From: a virus
Taxonomy: Duplodnaviria; Caudoviricetes
Virus record (IMG/VR): IMGVR_UViG_3300042355_000002
Span: 1-39,911 of that record
DNA: 39,911 nt
Reading direction: 5' to 3' (one strand)
Each line of letters begins with the position of its first letter. Within the stretch, counting starts at the first letter, position 1. Shown piece by piece: positions 34,401 through 39,911 of the stretch. The position numbers and the translations under genes were made by a program. The notes below the pieces were generated by a model that saw only the letters and a program-made list of their open reading frames with translations, was not told where the DNA came from and did not search any database.

Positions 34401-37400
34401 CTGGGCTACGACTCCATGTATGTGGAGGAGCAAGGCGAGAAGAACCTTGCTGTCTTTGATCCGGGTCAGGTCAAGTCTGCCATTGGAAACACGGGCGACT
34501 TCAGTCCGACCACCCCGAGCATTCGGGAGTCGCGTGTTCGTAGTCCGCTTGAAGATATCGTTTCTCCAGAGGAAGCAGAGGGCCGCATTCGTCGCCGTCT
34601 TGCGCGGGAACCCGGTGTTGGCGCCCCGAGAAACGAACGAATTGAAATCAATGTTCCCGGAAAACCCATCTTCATTGTTGGCAAAGTTACCAATGAAGAC
34701 TGGTTAAACCGTGTTCAAAACCTCATGAGCATGGAGGAAATCCAAGATGCTCGTGGTTGGTATCGCCAGTTAGATGAGGCTTTCCGTCCTATCTTCGGAG
34801 ATGAAACTCCGAAGTATGCCCTTGCATGGTTGCTCTCGCAGAAACGCGCCAGCCCCACAAAGGGATTCACAGATGTTCTGCGAGCAGCAGACATGGCTCT
34901 CGGCAAACCGGAAGTCAAGAAGGCTGGTTTAAACCAACAGGCTTTGATTGATGTCCTGAGTGACAGAGTTCCAGAGGGTGGCATTGGTCCCAAACTGTTG
35001 GACTTCCTCGACAGTGAACTAGGCTTGGATGTCCGCACCGTTGTTCGTGGTGATGTCCGTGGTAGACAGCCTGCGGCAATCGATGTCTGGGCACAACGAG
35101 ACATTGGCTTCGTTGATGAGACCGTATTGGAGTTCATCCGAAAGAACTTCGGAGAAGAAGCCGCTGCCCGTATTCAGCCAGACAAGACTGCCTCCGGTGA
35201 GTCTCAGTATGAATACGGCATTGATTTCTACAACGATGTTGCAGAGATGCTCAATCGGATGAACTTTGATGGCGGCGGTTGGACCGCTAGAGAAGTTCAG
35301 GCCGTTGGCTGGGTGACCATGCAACGTGCCATGGGCGTTGATGCCGAGTTCGTCAGGGACATTATCGGCGGTAACACTCGCCGCATCTCTATCGGTTTAG
35401 CACCGGGTGCGAACTCAGCCCTTGCCGATAAACTCGTAGGCAAAGAGATTCCGGTTGAGACTGCACAGAGAGAGATTGATTATCTTTCAAACCTTGCTGG
35501 TCTCAAGGTCAGGCAGAACGTCGCTGGCGTTGGTGCCTACTTGCAATGGCTTGAAGGCGCGATTCAGATCGATGCTGTCGCTAGCCCTGAAGCCGTTGAT
35601 GATTTCATGGACATGGTTGGCTATGCCTTCCAGCAAACGGAGATTATCAACACTCGTCCGCTTGCCTCTGGCAAGAACATGGCGATTGACATTCTTTCGC
35701 CGGGACTTGATACGGTTGATAACTCAACACGATTCTTCTCCAAGTTCCTTGAGTTCGCACCGAAGGATAAAGGTGGAGATCCGATTGCTCCGGGCTTCCA
35801 GCAGATCCTCATCGACGGCGTACCCGGTATTCGCCTTTTAAACTTTGGTGGAAACTGGCGCAGAAAAGATGTTGATAAAATTATCAATGCTGCGAACGAT
35901 GCTGCCGAGCAAACAGGTGTTGAACTTGATCGTTCAATAGTCAGTCAGGTTGTGCTATCTTCCACAAAGAATGATTGGAAGGAGAACAGAAATGGCGAAG
36001 CGTATCTCGGCTCATTACGCAACAGAGGAAGACTACAAGAAGTTGAACTTCTACAGCGTAGGTACCCTCCATCGCGCATCGACCTTGCCGGTGACGGAAC
36101 CATCGTCTGGCAAGGACGAGAAGAAGGACAGCCAGCAGAACCTCAAGGCGCAGTCGCAGCCCCAGTAGTTCCCGCTGCCAGAGAGGCAAAGCGTAAGAAG
36201 CCGAAAGAAGGCGCTCCGCTTGGCCCACCGAATCCGGGTCCAGAGACGGACTTCGATACCACTGCCGCTGCTGAGGCTCTAAACAACAGCCAGCCTGTCG
36301 ATCAGATGGGCATCCCGGCAGGTCCGCTTGTCACGGACACCATGCCAGACAACACGGTAGACATTTCCCGTGCGCGTCTGGACCCGCTGATGAAGCGGCT
36401 GATCACGGGCGTGGAGTTCTTCCAGTCTGCACCAGACAAGTTGCGCTCTGGTGTGGGCTTAACCGATATCGCCAAACGAATCGAAGACTACTACGACACC
36501 TATGCGGAGAGGCTGGGCATCGTCAACGGCATCATCCGTGATGCGAACAAGAACATCCGGATTGGCGGGAACAAGTCTGCCCTTGAAACCTTTGAGCGTT
36601 TCATCCGTGCCCGTGAAAACAATCGGGCCGATGAGGCTGCTGCTATCAAAGCCGAGGCTTCGGACAGCGACCGTCAATTGATTGACGCATGGGAGAAGAT
36701 CGCCGAAGAAACCGGTCGCGTCAATCTCAGTGTCCGTACACCGAATGGCCAGCCGATGAAGGTCTATGACCCGAATCTGGTGACAGGAACCTATGGCGAA
36801 AAGGTAGGCGGCTTCCGCCCAATCAAAGCGGTTAAACAGTTCTTCCCAAGGACCATGCGCCGGGAAGTGCTGGAAGTGATGATGAATCCGGATACTGATC
36901 CGGCTCTATATAACGAATTACTGGATGCATTGGTGGCATCTGGCAGGGCTGAGACCACGCAAGAAGCCGAAGATTACTTAGTCAGGGAGTACTTCTCTGA
37001 CGAGGTGAAGCAGGATTACTTTGCTGGCGTTGAGAAAGCCCGTACTGATCCGCTCCCGGAAATCTTCTACGACTACTCATGGGATGCGGCTACCCGCTAC
37101 CTTCGTAAGTGGGCACGTCGTACATCTCAGATCCAGTACTTCGGTCAGGAGATGGGCGAGTTCCAGAAGGACTGGTTCGACACGAACATCAAGAAGGTTC
37201 GCGACCGAGAGACTCAGGAGTATCTGAACGAGATCAAGAATCGTATATACGAAATTGAATCGTTCGGGTTCCTCACCAACATCGCGAGTTGGTTCAACTC
37301 TATCGCTACGGGAACCATGCTGGGCAATCCCATCAGCGCCAGCCTAAACCTGTTGGGTGGAACCACCACCAACGTGCAGGAGTTTGGTATCCGTCAGGTT

Positions 37401-38861
37401 GCCAAGTCTTACTTGGAACTGCTCACTGATTGGAAGCAAATCCAGAAAGAGGGTACGACCCTTGGCATTCTGAACACGGACTTCCTGAACATCCTCTCTG
37501 ATCACGTCGAACGTGATGGCGGGAAGTACTTCTCGCAGACGGAGAAGGTCTCTGAGGCACTGGCCAAGTTCACCAATGTCATGCTGACCTTCGGTGGATT
37601 TAACGGCGCAGAGAACGTGGTACGCGCTAGCGCCTTGTTGGCAGCGAAGGGTTGGCTGAATGACTCGCTGAAGGCAGTCAATGAGAACCCCAACTCCAGC
37701 AAGGCTAAGAAGTTCTACGAGTGGGTAAGACGAGAGAACCTTGACGCAGACAAGTTGATCTTGGAGAACGGTGCTGGTGAAGAGACCGGCAAGTTCTTAC
37801 GACGTGCGGTCAACGTGCCACAGGGTTCTTACAAGATCGATATGACCCCGGTCTTTATCGACACTATCGTTGGTCGAACCTTCTTCAAGTATCAGAAGTT
37901 CGGAACCCAGATCAATCGGTTCTTCTATCGCCACTTTCTCAAGCCGTTCATCGACAACCCGAGTCCTGCCACGTTCTTGAGAACGGTGGGATTCCTTGGC
38001 TCTGCCGTTGTGGGTGGTGGTGCGATCCTCGCTCTGCGCGAGGCGTTTGGATACGGTGATCCGGGTCCGGACGATGAAGAAATCAAGAAGGCATTTGAGA
38101 ACGAAGACACCTCCAGAGGCTGGGCTTTGCTGTTCTCTCGCGTCTGGCAGAACATCATGGCGGCAGGCAGCGCCGGTAACTTCGGTAACTATCTGCAGTT
38201 CGGACTGGACTGGCAGGATCAGTTGCGTCCGAAGAATCCGCTCAGTCCGCCAGCCTTGGCCAGCGTTGAGAACTTCGTGGATTTCATCAACAAGATCCGC
38301 GATCAGAAGGGAATCAATGCCCGAGATATCGATGAGACCTTGGAAGCATCGTTGTCTTTCTATCGTGCATTTAAACGCATTGGTCTTGCAGGACTAGACA
38401 CCATTGGCGTTGATGCCAAGGAAGTCAAACGATTCGCCAGCCGCAAGGAAGTGCGCGAGATTCGCGAGATTAGCCGTCGCTACAGCGACGAGATGGAGTT
38501 GGAGTACAAGCGTCGTGTGGCTCCGGGTGCTGTCGTTCGCACCCCGATGTCTCCGGTCAATCGCGAAGTTGTGGATGCGCTGTATGCCGGTGATGGAGCC
38601 AGAGCCAGAGCCATCATCCGCGAGGCACAGAAGGGATTGCCAAGGAAAGAGCGTGAGCGCGTTCTTCGCAGCGTCCAATCATCTGTCCGTAACGCGCAGC
38701 CGATTCAGATTGCTGGCGTGTCTCCGTCCAAGGAGATTCGCAGGGACTTCGACCGCTGGGCCAAAGAGAATCTGCCAGCCGAGAAGGTTCAATTGATCAA
38801 GCGGGTGGATCGTAATTACAAACGAGCCGCTCGTATGGCTGGACTGAAGATAGGTGAGTAG
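31488..38861 (+). CDS. Large polyvalent ejection protein (2457 aa): zincin-like peptidase, ADP-ribosyltransferase-like and glycosylase-like domains
   Basis: HEVVH (33063-33077) plus downstream EEAVAE; PLVFYHGT...FVT...IPVYVK..KP...YDSM...AVFDPGQVKSAIGNTGDF; WY...SQKRASP...IDVWAQR...EVQAVGW; last and largest gene of the ejection module. Confidence 0.75.
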   Translation: MAANWWEIGKLVDTKPTTKDEEKNWWEIGRVVEEPKKEPQPSVAPEAQPAQGPVGFGPLSMLMESLPAVKQELTSVFTPETVQGVGSNIPLTAQLAILSSNLETIDNTMVDSPEKQKAQADTLKQIEDIQRQIQANTPEDLGFLQRGVRLGLENLPAMGIGTIASIAARSPAPALATAGALTRTQSYGQARAEGLAPDLAGTYADINAAIEVGLEASPTTKLLDAFNVKDAAGLKKKVLEFALTEGVTEQATTALQTLNALAFQLDQELANAESPLEAAKIQAERQALTAVATVVGGGTQAAGVGALNKIQRDRLLKQVESGERDLEDIGVEIEQFQIEKAREDALNSAANIAAPTPDEVRTEPGQTEATPFQSSESYAEKIFNSVGQFIPTDTTFKVETKDIDGTQSIVVTDQNGRQYGQAFQNKDQADQLALSLNNLTKSRDGVLKELEPLGTSLKDVLKGYGLNDIGLKLDTKIFGRRGEAMTSEGLFDPVVRQVFLAVDAIDPTGTLNTDQRREALRGVLRHEVVHALRYLDLWKKKEWKTLEKAAANLKKEGTDKTYLDVAREAYSDQNKVVQVEEAVAEMIRDVADRQAKFAGRPRSLSERAVQFFDRTKNALTGAGFQTYDDVIQRFEQGIVGSRERGQIRTLRAVEERAAEKGQVPERLQRLFTNPEERNKFRQETVQNLQTQKGPVSQPVANSLNTQGLRESRSFVEPVPEKIQVGDRSVGTRDSEGRLIYSGYEGPEVFGIQTRPTQEGLQNFWNWFGTSKTTDKQGRPLVFYHGTAADITAFRPKQAGSVFVTRSPEFAEEFGFLSDNYMVSNFPDFMSDQQVVDVLNETLVNPASFSPKFYDQVAAARDQAIADVQAGKAIRPAALKPLKDIAADGRSSRYLNAIQKRLPSSANMIPVYVKADKPWDYDNKDDVKAVVRRARDNGADITASMIEEIGQGNWQTIEGSEGNAPILDAIRELGYDSMYVEEQGEKNLAVFDPGQVKSAIGNTGDFSPTTPSIRESRVRSPLEDIVSPEEAEGRIRRRLAREPGVGAPRNERIEINVPGKPIFIVGKVTNEDWLNRVQNLMSMEEIQDARGWYRQLDEAFRPIFGDETPKYALAWLLSQKRASPTKGFTDVLRAADMALGKPEVKKAGLNQQALIDVLSDRVPEGGIGPKLLDFLDSELGLDVRTVVRGDVRGRQPAAIDVWAQRDIGFVDETVLEFIRKNFGEEAAARIQPDKTASGESQYEYGIDFYNDVAEMLNRMNFDGGGWTAREVQAVGWVTMQRAMGVDAEFVRDIIGGNTRRISIGLAPGANSALADKLVGKEIPVETAQREIDYLSNLAGLKVRQNVAGVGAYLQWLEGAIQIDAVASPEAVDDFMDMVGYAFQQTEIINTRPLASGKNMAIDILSPGLDTVDNSTRFFSKFLEFAPKDKGGDPIAPGFQQILIDGVPGIRLLNFGGNWRRKDVDKIINAANDAAEQTGVELDRSIVSQVVLSSTKNDWKENRNGEAYLGSLRNRGRLQEVELLQRRYPPSRIDLAGDGTIVWQGREEGQPAEPQGAVAAPVVPAAREAKRKKPKEGAPLGPPNPGPETDFDTTAAAEALNNSQPVDQMGIPAGPLVTDTMPDNTVDISRARLDPLMKRLITGVEFFQSAPDKLRSGVGLTDIAKRIEDYYDTYAERLGIVNGIIRDANKNIRIGGNKSALETFERFIRARENNRADEAAAIKAEASDSDRQLIDAWEKIAEETGRVNLSVRTPNGQPMKVYDPNLVTGTYGEKVGGFRPIKAVKQFFPRTMRREVLEVMMNPDTDPALYNELLDALVASGRAETTQEAEDYLVREYFSDEVKQDYFAGVEKARTDPLPEIFYDYSWDAATRYLRKWARRTSQIQYFGQEMGEFQKDWFDTNIKKVRDRETQEYLNEIKNRIYEIESFGFLTNIASWFNSIATGTMLGNPISASLNLLGGTTTNVQEFGIRQVAKSYLELLTDWKQIQKEGTTLGILNTDFLNILSDHVERDGGKYFSQTEKVSEALAKFTNVMLTFGGFNGAENVVRASALLAAKGWLNDSLKAVNENPNSSKAKKFYEWVRRENLDADKLILENGAGEETGKFLRRAVNVPQGSYKIDMTPVFIDTIVGRTFFKYQKFGTQINRFFYRHFLKPFIDNPSPATFLRTVGFLGSAVVGGGAILALREAFGYGDPGPDDEEIKKAFENEDTSRGWALLFSRVWQNIMAAGSAGNFGNYLQFGLDWQDQLRPKNPLSPPALASVENFVDFINKIRDQKGINARDIDETLEASLSFYRAFKRIGLAGLDTIGVDAKEVKRFASRKEVREIREISRRYSDEMELEYKRRVAPGAVVRTPMSPVNREVVDALYAGDGARARAIIREAQKGLPRKERERVLRSVQSSVRNAQPIQIAGVSPSKEIRRDFDRWAKENLPAEKVQLIKRVDRNYKRAARMAGLKIGE

Positions 38862-39159
38862 GTCTAAGCATGAAAGCAATTACATGGGGCGAGTCAAAGA
38901 ACTGGATTGCGCTCTCTGTACGATCTTAGGTCAGCCTCAGACTTCCATCACTGAGGCTCACCATATCCGCACTGGGCATGGACTGGGCGACAGGGCCAGT
39001 GATTTCCTGACAGTCGCGCTATGCGTTGAGTGCCATCGCGGAACGCATGGGTTCCACGGAACCAAGGCTCTGATGAAGATCGCCAAACTCAGTGAGATGG
39101 ACTTGTTGGCCGAAACAATTAGAATGCTGGATCTCAAAAGTTTAAACTTAGAGAAATAA
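38854..39159 (+). CDS. HNH-fold zinc nuclease (Ref/DUF968-like)
   Basis: CALC...EAHHIRTG.G...LTVALCVECHRG..GFHG. Confidence 0.75.
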   Translation: MSRSKHESNYMGRVKELDCALCTILGQPQTSITEAHHIRTGHGLGDRASDFLTVALCVECHRGTHGFHGTKALMKIAKLSEMDLLAETIRMLDLKSLNLEK

Positions 39160-39183
39160 ATCTGGTTTATATTTGGCCAAACG

Positions 39184-39429
39184 ATGAGGGCTTACATCGT
39201 GGCAAAGCGCAAAGACAAGTACATCCCTATTCAGATTGAAGAAGGGAAATGGTACAGAGTTAAGGGTTATACCCATTCCGAGTGTTGTGACTGCGCGTTA
39301 GTCCACCTTGAAGAATATCGTTTGGTTGATGGACATCTGGAATGGAGGGCTGTCAGGGATGACAAGACCACCAACGCCAGACGTAAACAACTAGGCATAA
39401 AGGTGGATCGTGCCAAGAAAGATCAGTGA
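39184..39429 (+). CDS. Hypothetical protein with CCDCxLxH motif
   Basis: 81-aa ORF; ECCDCALVH is a putative metal site. Confidence 0.6.
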   Translation: MRAYIVAKRKDKYIPIQIEEGKWYRVKGYTHSECCDCALVHLEEYRLVDGHLEWRAVRDDKTTNARRKQLGIKVDRAKKDQ

Positions 39430-39911
39430 CGAAGATTTCATTGCATGCTGGCAGCGGTGTAACAACGCCAAGGAAGTCTCAAAAATTCTAGGGATAAGTC
39501 AGCGTCAGGCTTTGTTACGAAGACGAAGCATGGAGTCCCGATATGGGATTCAACTAAAGTCAAATACAGCCGTAGTTAATTCGGCCAATAAAACTTTATC
39601 TTCCGCATTCAGGGCGGATGAACTAGCCCGTGAGCGCGTTACCCGATACGAAGATGAGATGCATGGAACCCTGATCGACGGGGTTCTGATGGTGGGTTCC
39701 GATGCCCATTACTGGCCGGGTATCGTTAGCCCTGCACATGAGGCGTTCTGTCGGTTAGCCAAGGTACTTAATCCAAAGATGGTTGTCCTCAACGGGGACA
39801 TCATGGACGGTGCCCGGATCAGCCGCCATCCCAGAGCCTTGTGGCAGCAACTGCCGACCGTCAAGGATGAAGTCCATGCCATGCAGGATCGGTGCGCTGA
39901 GATCGAACGAG
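39410..39911 (+). CDS. Calcineurin-like metallophosphoesterase with N-terminal HTH-like segment (3'-truncated)
   Basis: Not in the ORF track because there is no stop. GTG at 39410 after AAGGT reads MPRKISDEDFIACWQ..NAKEVSKILGIS...VGSDAHYW...VVLNGDIMDG, matching the DxH and GDxxD motifs. Confidence 0.8.
   Translation, partial: MPRKISDEDFIACWQRCNNAKEVSKILGISQRQALLRRRSMESRYGIQLKSNTAVVNSANKTLSSAFRADELARERVTRYEDEMHGTLIDGVLMVGSDAHYWPGIVSPAHEAFCRLAKVLNPKMVVLNGDIMDGARISRHPRALWQQLPTVKDEVHAMQDRCAEIER

Noticed and set aside
158-38879. Many long minus-strand ORFs (e.g. 158-853, 1702-2454, 2893-3867, 3897-4661, 18363-19082, 24790-25485)
   Set aside because: They are antisense shadows of codon-biased + strand genes, with no SD, no recognisable motifs and complete overlap with well-supported genes.
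1-39911. tRNA, rRNA, integrase, IS elements, introns/inteins, genome-wide stop-codon reassignment
   Set aside because: No cloverleaf, transposase or splicing motifs were recognised. Genes tile densely under the standard code, with TAA, TGA and TAG all used as stops.

Overview
This window is the virion (late) module of a tailed dsDNA bacteriophage, most consistent with a short-tailed podovirus-like phage of a Gram-negative host. All credible genes are on the + strand and many are translationally coupled (ATGA/TAATG overlaps). Order: portal (5'-truncated), GroES-like co-chaperonin, scaffold-like protein, head proteins and a Mu-gpT-like major capsid protein, a terminator/promoter/structured RNA junction, a cluster of small basic proteins, head-tail adaptors, tail/fibre proteins (two with six glycine-rich domains in total), a 2OG-Fe(II) oxygenase, an S74-chaperone tail fibre, holin and GH24 lysozyme, nozzle, internal/ejection proteins flanking a GNAT-like gene, a 2457-aa polyvalent protein (HExxH peptidase, ADP-ribosyltransferase-like and glycosylase-like domains), an HNH/Ref-like nuclease, and a 3'-truncated metallophosphoesterase. 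The most notable unexplained signals are: (1) a strongly over-represented palindrome GTTTAAAC/RTTTAAAY in a sequence that avoids AGCT and CCWGG; (2) an interlocked three-helix RNA after the capsid gene that abuts the next RBS (Mu-gpT-DE-like); (3) short shared peptide tags ([YFM]AxGG, MAISRAxM, GGKG) across putative internal virion proteins; (4) two cargo genes separated only by an in-frame TGA. All family names come from motif recognition, not database searches, and all counts are by eye.
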